A DNA stretch of 64,000 nt from positions 9,164 to 73,163 of the IMG/VR virus record IMGVR_UViG_3300042549_006197. One strand, 5' to 3'. A program made the translations under genes and the position numbers. Under the pieces are notes generated by a model. That model saw only the letters and a program-made list of their open reading frames with translations, did not search any database and was not told where the DNA came from. Positions 25,756 through 36,064 of this stretch are shown here, in pieces; position 1 is the stretch's first letter; each line of letters begins with the position of its first letter. Origin of the DNA: a virus (taxonomy: Duplodnaviria; Caudoviricetes).

Positions 25756-26946
25756 TTACAATTTAAAACCACTAAATGCATCTTTCTTCATATCTTGTTT
25801 GATTCCACCTACCACATACGATTCTACCTCCGTTTCCTGGGGAGCTACCTGAAGTCCTTTAGAAGAAATCCAGTGCTGAGTCCATGGAAGTGGATTATTG
25901 TTTGCAGGAATATCATATTGTGGTTTAAGTCCAATCGCTTTTAATCGACGATTTGCAACCCATTCTACGTACTGTTGAAGAAGTTTATCGTTAAGTCCGA
26001 TCATGCTTCCATCTTTGAACAGATAGTCTGCCCAACGCTTTTCTTCATTTACTGCACGATCAAACATTGCATAAACCCATTCCTCTTCTTCTTTTGCAAT
26101 TTGCTTCATTTCTGGATCATCACCATCACGCCACTTGTTTAAAATATTTTGCGTGATTGCTAGGTGTTGGTTTTCGTCTCTTGCGATAAGAGAGATGATC
26201 TTAGCGGATCCTTCCATAAGCTTAAGTTCACCAAAGGCGAAACTACAAGCAAAACTAACGTAGAACCGAATACCTTCAAGAATGTTAACGTTTGCGACTG
26301 CTCTGTACAATTTTCGTTTAACATCGTTGAGTGTTTCCTTAGCGTATGAAACTCCTTCAAGATTATGCATCCAAGCATTAGATGCGCCATAACTCTGAGC
26401 GGAGTTTATGAAATCATCATATGATTCCGTGACACTCGAAGATCTTTCCAAGATACGTTCATCGGTAATAATCGTATCAAATACTTCAGATGGATCAGAA
26501 TAAACATTCTTGATAATGTATGTGTATGAGCGACTATGGATCATCTCCATAAATCCCCACACTTCCATACAAGCTTCCAATTCAGGAAGCGAGCAATAAG
26601 GCAAGAATGCCATTCCAGGTCCACGGCCCTGAACACTGTCAAGCATGATTTGATACTTCAGATTAGAAGTATAGATATGCTTTTGCTCGGGACGGAGCGT
26701 TTGATAATCTCCGCGATCTTTTTGAAGAGAAACTTCTTCTGGTCTCCAGAAGTATCCTAATTGTTGAGTTGTAAGTTTTTCAAAAATTGGATATTTGTAT
26801 GAATCATATCTTTGGATTCCAAGTGGTTTTCCGAAAAACATTGGTTGTTTTTTAGAATCAAAGTGATCAGTATTAAATACTGTCATTCCTTTGACTTGCA
26901 TTTGGTTTTCCTTGGTGGATGAAATTTTAAACTGCACAGGATTCAC
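25756..26946 (-). CDS. nrdB: ribonucleotide reductase class Ia beta subunit
   Basis: FWRPEEV, EMIHSRSY, LEGIRFYVSF, RDENQH, VAPQETE. Confidence 0.97.
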   Translation of the reverse strand: MNPVQFKISSTKENQMQVKGMTVFNTDHFDSKKQPMFFGKPLGIQRYDSYKYPIFEKLTTQQLGYFWRPEEVSLQKDRGDYQTLRPEQKHIYTSNLKYQIMLDSVQGRGPGMAFLPYCSLPELEACMEVWGFMEMIHSRSYTYIIKNVYSDPSEVFDTIITDERILERSSSVTESYDDFINSAQSYGASNAWMHNLEGVSYAKETLNDVKRKLYRAVANVNILEGIRFYVSFACSFAFGELKLMEGSAKIISLIARDENQHLAITQNILNKWRDGDDPEMKQIAKEEEEWVYAMFDRAVNEEKRWADYLFKDGSMIGLNDKLLQQYVEWVANRRLKAIGLKPQYDIPANNNPLPWTQHWISSKGLQVAPQETEVESYVVGGIKQDMKKDAFSGFKL

Positions 26947-29227
26947 ACTCTCCCTCCTCAACTTTACTTAACTCATTAATTAGATTTTCAAGATTGGGTT
27001 TCTTATCTTCAGTTACCTCATCAGTTTTGGCATCATATGTGTTTTGGTAATAAGAAGTTTTCCACCCGTATTTGTATGTAGTCAAAAAGTCATTTGCCAT
27101 GACCGAAACTGGAACTTCATTATCTGGATAATTTTCTGGATTGTAACTCCAGTTACCAGAAATTGCTTGATCAAAGAACTTTTGCATCATAGCAACAATT
27201 TTAATGTATCCCTCATTACTCTTCATATCCCATAACAATGTGTAATTGTTTTTCAATGATGTGTATTGTGGAACAACTTGCTTAAGAGGCCCCTTCTTCG
27301 ATTTCTTAATGGACAAGAATCCACGAGGGGGTTCGATTCCATTGGTTGCGTTTGACACAACGGAACTGCTCTCCGATGGCATCTGTGCGGACAGTGTACT
27401 GTGTCGGAGACCATGCTCCAGGATAGATAGTCTAAGAGTTTCCCAATCATGTTGATACTTAGGGGCAACGATTTCGTCTACTTCTTTTTTGTAAGTGTCA
27501 ATGGGCAGTATGCCATCTGCATACTTGGTACGACCAAAGTTTTCGCAATAGCCTTTCTCCTTGGCGAGTTGATTTGATGCCTTCAGGAGAAAATACTGGA
27601 ATGATTCTGAAAGACCATGAACAGCGTTCCATGCTTCTTGAGAATCATATTTGAATCCAAGTTTTGCCAAATAGTGCGCTAACCCAATAAACCCTATACC
27701 GAGCGAACGACGTGCCTTGGTGGCGATTTCTGCTGCCTTTACGGGATAGTTCTGATAATCAATCAACTCATCCAGAGAACGAACAGAAAGATCACAAAGG
27801 TCTTCAAGTTCTTCATCAGATTTTACCTTACCAACGTTGATGGCTGAAAGAATACACAAAGCAATTTCACCATGCTCTTCATCGATATGCTGAATTGGAT
27901 AAGTTGGTAGAGTAATTTCTTGACATAGATTGCTCATCTCAATCTTATCCTTAAAGGATGAGTGAGAATTGCAATGATCAAGGTTCATGATGTAGATACG
28001 ACCTGTCTCAGCACGTTCTTTGAGGAGGTCAAGAATGAGTTCTTGTGCCTTAACAGTTTTTTTCTTAATGGACGGATCTTTTTCATATTGTACATAGAGA
28101 TCGTCAAAGCGATCTGATCCGAAAGCATCATAAAGTCCAGGTACATCGTGTGGAGAGAAAAGAGTGATCTCGCCATCTTGAATGAATCTTTCATAGAATA
28201 ACTTACTAATCTGAATTGAGTAATCGAGTTTACGGACACGATTATCTTCTGTGCCTTTGTTGTTCTTAAGAACAAGAATATCTTCTATTTCTTGGTGCCA
28301 GATTGGAAAGTGGACAGTTGCTGATCCACCTCTGATGCCATTTTGAGTACAGCATCGGACAGTTGCCTCAAACTTTTTGAGGAATGGGATAACACCAGTG
28401 TGCTGTACTTCGCCACCTCGGATTTTAGAGTTGATCCCACGGATTCGGCCTGCGTTGATACCAATTCCCGCTCTTTGAGCAACATACCGACCAATTGCCA
28501 TATCAGAGCTGAAGATGCTATCAAGGGTGTCATCAACATCAATAAGAACACAACTTGCAAATTGGCGAAGTGGGGTTCTAACACCTGCCATGATTGGCGT
28601 AGGAATGTTGATTTTGTGCTTACTGATTGCGTCGTAGTATCGTTTGACATAAGACAGACGAGTCTCCTTTGGATATTCTGTGAAGATAGTCAATGCAATC
28701 ATGATATACATGAACTGGGGAGTTTCATAAACTCCACCGTTGCTACGATCCTGTACAAGGTACTTATCTACAACTTGACGAAGACCAGCATAAGTGAATA
28801 GAAAGTCTCTTTCATGATCGATGAAACTATTTACTTTATCGATTTCTTCTTGAGAATACTTTGTGTAAATATCATGATCGTAAACTTCGGCAGAAACACA
28901 ATCAATAATGTGTTGCTCAAGATGAGGAAGTTCTCTCATCTTACCATAAAGATTTTTACGCAAAGCAAACATGAGCAATCTTGCTGCAACATATTGATAG
29001 TTTGGATGATCCAAATCAATCAAATCTGAAGCAGAACGAATCAAAATTTCTTGAATTTCTCCAGTGGTGATTCCATCGTAAAATTGGATGCCTGATTGCA
29101 TTTCAACTTGACTCGCAGAGACCCCTTTAAGACCCCTACATGCCTCTTCAACCATCAAATGCATCTTATCTAAGTCAAGAGTTTCAATTGAACCATTTCT
29201 CTTGACAACCTTTGTTCCGTTACTCAT
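26927..29227 (-). CDS. nrdA: ribonucleotide reductase class Ia alpha subunit
   Basis: ATP cone VVKRNG, PTPIMAG, SNLCQEI, C-terminal CESC. Confidence 0.97.
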   Translation of the reverse strand: MSNGTKVVKRNGSIETLDLDKMHLMVEEACRGLKGVSASQVEMQSGIQFYDGITTGEIQEILIRSASDLIDLDHPNYQYVAARLLMFALRKNLYGKMRELPHLEQHIIDCVSAEVYDHDIYTKYSQEEIDKVNSFIDHERDFLFTYAGLRQVVDKYLVQDRSNGGVYETPQFMYIMIALTIFTEYPKETRLSYVKRYYDAISKHKINIPTPIMAGVRTPLRQFASCVLIDVDDTLDSIFSSDMAIGRYVAQRAGIGINAGRIRGINSKIRGGEVQHTGVIPFLKKFEATVRCCTQNGIRGGSATVHFPIWHQEIEDILVLKNNKGTEDNRVRKLDYSIQISKLFYERFIQDGEITLFSPHDVPGLYDAFGSDRFDDLYVQYEKDPSIKKKTVKAQELILDLLKERAETGRIYIMNLDHCNSHSSFKDKIEMSNLCQEITLPTYPIQHIDEEHGEIALCILSAINVGKVKSDEELEDLCDLSVRSLDELIDYQNYPVKAAEIATKARRSLGIGFIGLAHYLAKLGFKYDSQEAWNAVHGLSESFQYFLLKASNQLAKEKGYCENFGRTKYADGILPIDTYKKEVDEIVAPKYQHDWETLRLSILEHGLRHSTLSAQMPSESSSVVSNATNGIEPPRGFLSIKKSKKGPLKQVVPQYTSLKNNYTLLWDMKSNEGYIKIVAMMQKFFDQAISGNWSYNPENYPDNEVPVSVMANDFLTTYKYGWKTSYYQNTYDAKTDEVTEDKKPNLENLINELSKVEEGECESCAV

Positions 29228-30198
29228 ATTTTTTTCCAAGTAGTAAACTTTAACTTTGCTTCTAATCCACTATAAGTATTCGATTCTATCACAGACTGAA
29301 CATTAAGTCCAGACAAAACCATATCATTAATGTCCTTTTGGTTTATACTAGATGACCAAATGACGACTCTTTCTCCTCTTGATATAACATTGGAGATGCG
29401 GGAGTGTATTTCTGCATTTCGTGGTTCGTTATCATAGATCCACACAGGATTGCTAATCCCCCACTTACTAAGATCACCATCAGCTCCACACAGAGCAATC
29501 GAATTTGAAATGAATGTTGAGTCAAATGGTCCTTCCGTAACATAAACTGTTTTCTTCTTGTTAAGGTCATCGAGTCCATAAATCTTTGGTGCATCATCAA
29601 AAAGCATGACAGTGATATATTTATTGGGAGATGGACCCAATGCTCTTCCCTGAAAACCGATTAGATCTTTTTGATAGTACAGAGGAATTATGATGCGAGA
29701 CTCTTCGTAATCTGTATTTGCAAATGTTGGTTTAAGCGAGTTAGTGAACTCCTTAAACTTTTCTGCATAATAAAACTTCGTTGGGTCGAGTTTACGTTTC
29801 TCAAGATAGGTTCTACCACGCTCCACTTCAGAACATAGAGGGAGAACAATCTTGGTTTTAAATACAGGTTTTTCAAAAACGAAATCTGGTTCATCAGTAA
29901 TAAAGTTTCTTCCAGTATGCCCCTCTTTAAACTTTTCAAACGTATATTGTTTATACGTTGTAGAATCTAACTGCTTCAGAAAATTATTGAAAGAAACATT
30001 GACTCCACAGTTGTGACACTTGAAGTTTGTATTATTCTTGACTTGATACAGATATCCTCTGGATTTACTCTTGTTCTTCTTTGAGTCTCCACAAATCGGA
30101 CATCTAAAATTATAAAGATTATTTTTTACTCTTTTAAAATTTAACAGTCTTGCAGAAATCAAATTGATGTATTTAACATCAACATAATCCATAATCAA
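29224..30198 (-). CDS. gp61: DNA primase
   Basis: CPICGDS..CHNC Zn finger, TEGPFDS, DNEPRN TOPRIM. Confidence 0.95.
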   Translation of the reverse strand: MIMDYVDVKYINLISARLLNFKRVKNNLYNFRCPICGDSKKNKSKSRGYLYQVKNNTNFKCHNCGVNVSFNNFLKQLDSTTYKQYTFEKFKEGHTGRNFITDEPDFVFEKPVFKTKIVLPLCSEVERGRTYLEKRKLDPTKFYYAEKFKEFTNSLKPTFANTDYEESRIIIPLYYQKDLIGFQGRALGPSPNKYITVMLFDDAPKIYGLDDLNKKKTVYVTEGPFDSTFISNSIALCGADGDLSKWGISNPVWIYDNEPRNAEIHSRISNVISRGERVVIWSSSINQKDINDMVLSGLNVQSVIESNTYSGLEAKLKFTTWKKI

Positions 30199-30575
30199 AC
30201 TCTATAATTTCGCTGCTCCATTATAGGACTTTGACTGCCTGGTGTCAAGAACTGCACAATCTTTGTATTCATTAAAAATGTCAAGCAGGCGATTGCTCCA
30301 ATAGCCATCCAAACACGTTTCTCGATCAGCGATACTCTTGACACAATGATGTCATAATCGCTGTCAACCTTATCACGGAGTTTGTCAATTTTTGTAAAGA
30401 GTATACTGTCAGATTCTTCTTGCTTAGTGATTCTTTCTTCATGTACCGCGAGCATCTTACTCACATTACTATTTACTTCACTAAGTTTTTCAATAGCATT
30501 ATCAATCTTGACAATAATATCTTTTACATCTTCTAGTTTTTGTTCTAGAACTGCGACTCTAATTTCTTCGGCCAT
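30195..30575 (-). CDS. coiled-coil protein with C-terminal TM
   Basis: KMLAVHEERI coiled coil, C-terminal hydrophobic helix; conserved position before primase. Confidence 0.7.
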   Translation of the reverse strand: MAEEIRVAVLEQKLEDVKDIIVKIDNAIEKLSEVNSNVSKMLAVHEERITKQEESDSILFTKIDKLRDKVDSDYDIIVSRVSLIEKRVWMAIGAIACLTFLMNTKIVQFLTPGSQSPIMEQRNYRV

Positions 30576-30628
30576 GGTGAGAATTCTTTACTCCTAGGTC
30601 TCAACAAATGGCATTTTGTAGATCAAAA

Positions 30629-30832
30629 TTATTTATCATTTTTCCACCTTTTACGAGAACCAGGAGGTAACTTAATCTGTGGTCCTTTTCTTCTTCTCAA
30701 TCCCATTACAGGATCAAATCCAGCGGTTGGTCCTTTTGGATCTGAAGAACCACTAAACCCACCAGAACCCCCTGGAGCATTCGCTACCATTTGTTCTCTT
30801 ATTATTTGAATGATTCTATCAAGATTGGCCAT
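30629..30832 (-). CDS. hypothetical protein
   Basis: IREQM..Gly-rich..AGFDPVM, basic tail. Confidence 0.65.
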   Translation of the reverse strand: MANLDRIIQIIREQMVANAPGGSGGFSGSSDPKGPTAGFDPVMGLRRRKGPQIKLPPGSRKRWKNDK

Positions 30833-31208
30833 TTTTACAAATGCTCTGAAGTTCTGATAGGCATGTTATATCCACTGGAACATCGTGTATATAACATCTT
30901 GGAGTCTCTGGTAATTTATTTAAAAATAAAATAAATGTTTTTACTGTAGACCAAAGATCATTTTCAATCTTATAAAATAACATTGGAGTGGCAGCATCAC
31001 TAAAAATATTATAAAGAATGATAAAGTGATTCAAAAGCAAATGCGCTTTCAATTCTCCAGTGTTCTTATACTTTTTAAGCAAACGCTTAATGTATTTGAA
31101 ATGCTGTAGGTCTTTATCAAAATCTTCTTTGGTTACTGCCTGAGGATTTTCATAATGTTTGATGGCAAAGAGAAGAAAGTTTTCCTCATTCAATTCATTA
31201 AAAATCAT
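30819..31208 (-). CDS. conserved T4-like hypothetical protein
   Basis: F.ELNEENFLLFAIKHYENP, FKYIKRLL, LLLNH. Confidence 0.8.
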   Translation of the reverse strand: MIFNELNEENFLLFAIKHYENPQAVTKEDFDKDLQHFKYIKRLLKKYKNTGELKAHLLLNHFIILYNIFSDAATPMLFYKIENDLWSTVKTFILFLNKLPETPRCYIHDVPVDITCLSELQSICKNGQS

Positions 31209-31214
31209 AAATTA

Positions 31215-31739
31215 TCAAGCAACCGTTGGATCGCCGTCGTAAATTGGAAGATTGCCAGTAGTGATACCAGACATTGCAACCAGAGTCTCGGTCTTAACTC
31301 TTAAAGTTCCAGTATTGTCATTGTAAGTTGTAACACCAACCCAACCTTCGTGAGTTAATGCATATGAAGTCCCTTGAGCAGCAGCAATACCACCTTCAGC
31401 AACACCATAAACGTGTGGTTCGTAGTTGGTATTAATTTCACTCCAACGACTATCAAGAACAGTATACTTAGGTTGTTCACTGATTTGGAAGTCAGTGGCA
31501 GCAACTGCAACACCACTCAACCCAGCGGTTGATGCAATGGAGAGTTGTGTGGTACTTGCAATACCAACGATTACAGCATTTCCAATTTCTCCTCTTGGAC
31601 CAAAACGAATTACATCTCCAGTCGCAGCTGCGCCAACTTGACCAAAGGTTGTACCACTACCAGTTACAACAAGGGTTGAATAATTAAGAGATACTGTTCC
31701 ACCGGAACCTTTATTGTCATTATTTCCCCAGAGTGCCAT
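31215..31739 (-). CDS. putative virion structural protein
   Basis: MALWG start, HEGWVG, RVKTETLVAMS; late promoter at 31770-31777. Confidence 0.7.
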   Translation of the reverse strand: MALWGNNDNKGSGGTVSLNYSTLVVTGSGTTFGQVGAAATGDVIRFGPRGEIGNAVIVGIASTTQLSIASTAGLSGVAVAATDFQISEQPKYTVLDSRWSEINTNYEPHVYGVAEGGIAAAQGTSYALTHEGWVGVTTYNDNTGTLRVKTETLVAMSGITTGNLPIYDGDPTVA

Positions 31740-31828
31740 GTTCTTTTCCGTAAAAAATTTTGCTAGAAATATTTATAAAAAAAGGAGACCTTACTTTTGG
31801 TCTCCTTTTTAATTGAGTTTAAACTTTA

Positions 31829-32008
31829 TCAAGGAGTAATATCCTTTGCACCTTTGTTCTTCAACTGTGCTTGCACTTGTAAAAGAATGAGTGAGAGAAT
31901 ACCGTTTGACTTGACTTTTGGGTTTGCTCCGAGTGCTTCAGAAACTGCAAACAAAACGGTTGCAATTAAAGCCTGGTTAGCAAGACACCATGCTACTAAA
32001 GCGGACAT
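31829..32008 (-). CDS. small membrane protein
   Basis: MSALVAWCLANQALIATVLFAVSEALG.NPKVKSNG; GGAGG RBS. Confidence 0.7.
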   Translation of the reverse strand: MSALVAWCLANQALIATVLFAVSEALGANPKVKSNGILSLILLQVQAQLKNKGAKDITP

Positions 32009-32051
32009 AATGACCTCCATGTAAAAAGTGTATCCTGTCCTATTTAGAAAA

Positions 32052-33431
32052 TCAATCCCTTGGAGAATGCATTGCGTCTTGTGCTCTTTGAGCGGAATCG
32101 CGGCGTCTTTTAACTTTTTCTGCAGGAGTGATCTGTGTAGATGGTTTTTTCTCACCAGGAACTTTTTTCTTTCCTCTTGGTTGAACACCCATTCTACCCG
32201 CACCCATAGATTTTGAAATTAATTCAAATGCTTTATCTCTGGGTTTTCTTGGAGTTCCCTTTTCTTCTCTTCTTCTTTCATCAATAACTTCACCTTCTGG
32301 TTCATAAGAGGCACTGATTCCAGTTACACCCGATCTTACTGCTCTTTGCTTTTGCTGTAACAATTGCAGCATTCTCTGCTGCTGTTGCTTTTCAACTTTT
32401 TTTTCGGCAGGATCTTGAGATTCTGCCTCAGCTAACTTTTTTGCTTGCTTCGTGGCAGTAGCATACATAACTTCTTTACCACGACCAGGATATCTCTTTT
32501 CAAAATCGCCTGCACTCTTCTTCATCGACTTAACGATTTGCTCTTTCTTCTTTGTTTCTGCAGGAGTCAGAGTCTTTTCATCAAGTTGATATTCTTCATT
32601 ATGTGCTGGTGATTGGCCGATACGATCAAATCTTTCCTTTTCTTTCTGTCTGGTGATTGCACTTACAATCTTTGAAGATTTCTTTTGTGCAACTTCTTTT
32701 TTCTTGCCAGTTGAAGAAACTGCAGTGCGAGCAAGGTTACCTGCCCTACGGTACATTGCACCTTCTTTCTTTTTATCAATTGGTTGATATGCTTCATCAA
32801 CTTCAACAGTCTCAAGAAGAACTCCACCAAGATCTTCTACTGCTTCTTTGAAGTCGGGATTAATTACAACTTTGTTGTTTATGTTTTTCTTCTCTTTAAT
32901 CTGATTATGCTCTTCTTCCTTTTCAATTTTGTCCATTACTTCGGCAAGATCTTGTCTCCAGTTAGAGAATGATTCTTTGCGAGTTGCAATAGCAGTACCA
33001 CGAACCTTACGACGGTTTAAAAGATACTTATCAGACTTATCATGATCTCCATCATTATCAATATCTTTATCTTCCTTTCCAACGGGATCAAGAGATTCTC
33101 TTGTCATACCAGGAATATGCTTTCCTTTAGTTTTCTTATCAATGTAAGAAATTTGGTGTCCCTGATACTTTCCATAATTCTTACCCTCGCTTGGAGGGAG
33201 TTTCTTAGTTAAAGTATCACCTGCCCTTCTTTCTGCAGAAGCAGCCTTTCTCATTTCAGTATCTTGTCCTCTAACTGCCTCTGCAACTTCTTTCTTGTCC
33301 TTAAGAGCCTTCTTCATTGACTCTTTTTTATTACCATCCTTATCAAAGTCAAGATAATCTGGTTTTGCCGCTTCAGTGGCAATCGTCTCTAAGTAAACCT
33401 TAGAGATATCGTTAAGAATATTCATCGACAT
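32052..33431 (-). CDS. charged low-complexity protein, possible internal head protein
   Basis: K/E-rich modules, DKDGN and DNDGD motifs, many xxE potential gp21 sites; CATAAATA late-like promoter. Confidence 0.6.
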   Translation of the reverse strand: MSMNILNDISKVYLETIATEAAKPDYLDFDKDGNKKESMKKALKDKKEVAEAVRGQDTEMRKAASAERRAGDTLTKKLPPSEGKNYGKYQGHQISYIDKKTKGKHIPGMTRESLDPVGKEDKDIDNDGDHDKSDKYLLNRRKVRGTAIATRKESFSNWRQDLAEVMDKIEKEEEHNQIKEKKNINNKVVINPDFKEAVEDLGGVLLETVEVDEAYQPIDKKKEGAMYRRAGNLARTAVSSTGKKKEVAQKKSSKIVSAITRQKEKERFDRIGQSPAHNEEYQLDEKTLTPAETKKKEQIVKSMKKSAGDFEKRYPGRGKEVMYATATKQAKKLAEAESQDPAEKKVEKQQQQRMLQLLQQKQRAVRSGVTGISASYEPEGEVIDERRREEKGTPRKPRDKAFELISKSMGAGRMGVQPRGKKKVPGEKKPSTQITPAEKVKRRRDSAQRAQDAMHSPRD

Positions 33432-33443
33432 GGTAATTTGAAT

Positions 33444-34706
33444 TTATTTTTTCTTATACTTATTTATGAAATTAATACCATATGACTTTCCACCATACTG
33501 AAGATTTTCTTTTCCGACACCTAAAGATCCTGGTGTCATTTTTGCTGCTGTTTTAAAATAACCAGTGGTTCCAATTAATGTATTTGGTTTCTTTGGAGTT
33601 CTCATCTGCTTATCCATCTTGACTTCAGTATATTCCATCAAATCTTTAATCCAAGACTTGAACATCCAACCTTCTTTGGTTACACAGATTAAGTGATTGG
33701 CTCCACGACGCATTACTTCACCAACCAAACCAGTGTTTAAATTCTCTACAAGGTCTCCAAGTCTAAAAATCTTTTTGGTTATATAATTTTCACGGAGATT
33801 CCACATATCAAACTTAGGAGCAATCTCCCAAAGATTATATGACTCTTTTGTAGATACTCTCATGGATTTACGGAGAGCATTGAAAAGATTTTTTGTTTCT
33901 TCCGGACCTAATGACTTTGGAATTCCAGATTTAAAAGTCTCAAAATCATTATCCGCTGCTGCCTTTCTCAATTTAGATGCAGACATTCCCTCTACACCCT
34001 CAGCATCAGCGTCACGTTCGCCTGCAGATACGACATTAATCATATCAAAAGTATAAAGATCTCCATTATACTTATTAGCTAAGTTCTTAAATTCACCAAG
34101 ACGATCTGCACCAACAACAATAGTTACATCAGTAAATCCGTCTTCATCAGCAACTTTTAGAACATCAAAGATTGATTTCATATTGTCATCATCAATAATA
34201 TTCTCCTCATATTTGGGGAACATTTTCTTCATGTAATCAATCTTCGTTGAAGGATCTAATGGATTCTTCTTTGCATCTTGAGTTCTGGATGGGTAGATTC
34301 TCAATTCGGATCCAGCAGAAATGTTTGATGCAGAATCAAGAAGTTTTTTATGACCCGTTGTTGGTGGATTGAAACGACCAAATACAACTGTCACACCTTT
34401 ACCATCTTCATCACCACGAAGAACTTCTGCTTCTTTTCTTTGTGGTTGTTGCTCTTGTGGTTTCGTTGCAGATTGAGTTGCAGCAACTTGCTGATTCGCT
34501 TTTGTTCTTTGTTGAGGAATATCCCTTTGCCCAGTTCTTTGCCCCTGATTATAAAACTTCAGTTCTCCACTTTCTGTTTTTGCAACAAATTCTCCCTGGG
34601 GATTGTACCAACCGCCGTGGCCATCACCCTTGAGTCCCATGCGTCGTGCCTGCATTGACGCTTGGGATTCTTTTGCTTCGTTCAGAAAGTTGAAAAACTG
34701 TTTCAT
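33444..34706 (-). CDS. cytidyltransferase-like nucleotidyltransferase
   Basis: FGRFNPPTTGH (HxGH-like), VVGADR, MSASKLR. Confidence 0.85.
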   Translation of the reverse strand: MKQFFNFLNEAKESQASMQARRMGLKGDGHGGWYNPQGEFVAKTESGELKFYNQGQRTGQRDIPQQRTKANQQVAATQSATKPQEQQPQRKEAEVLRGDEDGKGVTVVFGRFNPPTTGHKKLLDSASNISAGSELRIYPSRTQDAKKNPLDPSTKIDYMKKMFPKYEENIIDDDNMKSIFDVLKVADEDGFTDVTIVVGADRLGEFKNLANKYNGDLYTFDMINVVSAGERDADAEGVEGMSASKLRKAAADNDFETFKSGIPKSLGPEETKNLFNALRKSMRVSTKESYNLWEIAPKFDMWNLRENYITKKIFRLGDLVENLNTGLVGEVMRRGANHLICVTKEGWMFKSWIKDLMEYTEVKMDKQMRTPKKPNTLIGTTGYFKTAAKMTPGSLGVGKENLQYGGKSYGINFINKYKKK

Positions 34707-34732
34707 ATTTATCTTAATATAAACTTATTTAT

Positions 34733-35455
34733 TCAAAACTCTACAGTCAGAGCATTTTTAGGTGGTTTTTTTGCTGTTACGATTCTTCTTCCAGAATCTC
34801 CTCTACTTGGAGATCTTCCAAGAATCAATGGAAGACCTTTAGAATCTTTCTTGGTTGGCTCAAAAGGTTGGTCTTCTCTTCTTTTTCTAAGTCTCAAATA
34901 TAAATCATTATCTTTAGCATATTTCTTTGCTTCATAAAAATTACCATTAACTCTTAACGTACCACCAGAAAATGAGGATGTAACATCCATGGGTCCAATG
35001 TACATATAGTGAATTGGTCCACCCATTTTTTTATTGCCAACAACAATTGTTTCTTTTAAAGAATCACTAACTTTTCCATACATATCTGGAAGCCCAGACA
35101 TTCCTGCCTTGAATCCTTTTTTCTTATACTCTGATAATGCTGCTTCCAAAAACAATTTAGTTAAACCTGGAACAGCAAGTTCTAATCCAGCTAATCCCCC
35201 ACCTGCAATACTAGGAGCACTTTCACCTTTATTTGAAACATTAATTTTTTTTGTTGTAGTTGTAATAATCACATCAGTATATGGTTCAGTTCCAGCAGAT
35301 GATCTTCCCTCAAATTTTTCTGCTGAGATTACATTAGTTATTCTCACTCCATTTGCACCAACGAGAGTAAATGGTTTTGCTCCATTTTTTCCATATCCAC
35401 TATTAATAGCATCAACCAATCCTCTTTCTTGACGCTCAGCGAGTAACCCTGCCAT
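34733..35455 (-). CDS. putative PD-(D/E)XK nuclease-like protein
   Basis: E...EPYTDVII...NVSNK pattern. Confidence 0.45.
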   Translation of the reverse strand: MAGLLAERQERGLVDAINSGYGKNGAKPFTLVGANGVRITNVISAEKFEGRSSAGTEPYTDVIITTTTKKINVSNKGESAPSIAGGGLAGLELAVPGLTKLFLEAALSEYKKKGFKAGMSGLPDMYGKVSDSLKETIVVGNKKMGGPIHYMYIGPMDVTSSFSGGTLRVNGNFYEAKKYAKDNDLYLRLRKRREDQPFEPTKKDSKGLPLILGRSPSRGDSGRRIVTAKKPPKNALTVEF

Positions 35456-35489
35456 CCTTTGGAATTTATTATTCTTCTGTAATATTTAG

Positions 35490-35562
35490 TGGAGATAAGG
35501 AGACTCGAACTCCTGACATCCTGCTTGCAAAGCAGGCGCTCTACCAACTGAGCTATATCCCC
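35490..35562 (-). tRNA. tRNA-Ala(TGC)
   Basis: GGGGATA/TATCTCC with G3-U70, CCTGC-TTTGCAA-GCAGG. Confidence 0.95.
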
Positions 35563-35586
35563 AGAAAACCCCGAAGGGTAATTTAT

Positions 35587-36000
35587 TTATAGATCTCCTT
35601 CAACACGATTTTCGGAACGATAAACATCAAACGCACCCTCAGGATAACGAGCACTCAGTTTATCAAAGTTCATTTGCAGAACTTCTTCAAAGTTTGTATC
35701 AAGTGCCATACATGCTTGTGCAAGATACCAACAGATATCTCCAAGTTCACGCTTCAGGTGAAATACATTTTCTTCGTTATATGGTTTACCTTGGAGAAAA
35801 ATCTTTTTCACCACTTCAGTAAACTCACCCGCTTCAGCAGTCATGCCCAGAGCTGCTGTCAAAAGGCGAGGAACATCGGCATCAAACTCAACTTCAAGTT
35901 GTGACAGGCGAGAAACTAAATCTGCATAGTTGCTACTTGCAGGACTTGTAGTTTGACGAACGAATTCAATATACTTGTTTGTATCAATAATTTTAGTCAT
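35587..36000 (-). CDS. mazG: MazG-like pyrophosphatase
   Basis: AEAGEFTEVVKK, RELGDICWY, N..KL..RYP. Confidence 0.9.
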   Translation of the reverse strand: MTKIIDTNKYIEFVRQTTSPASSNYADLVSRLSQLEVEFDADVPRLLTAALGMTAEAGEFTEVVKKIFLQGKPYNEENVFHLKRELGDICWYLAQACMALDTNFEEVLQMNFDKLSARYPEGAFDVYRSENRVEGDL

Positions 36001-36064
36001 ATAATTAAGTGATTTTTTTGGTTTTTGTAATTGTAGTCGTTATCTTTTTTGGCGTCAAGTAAAT

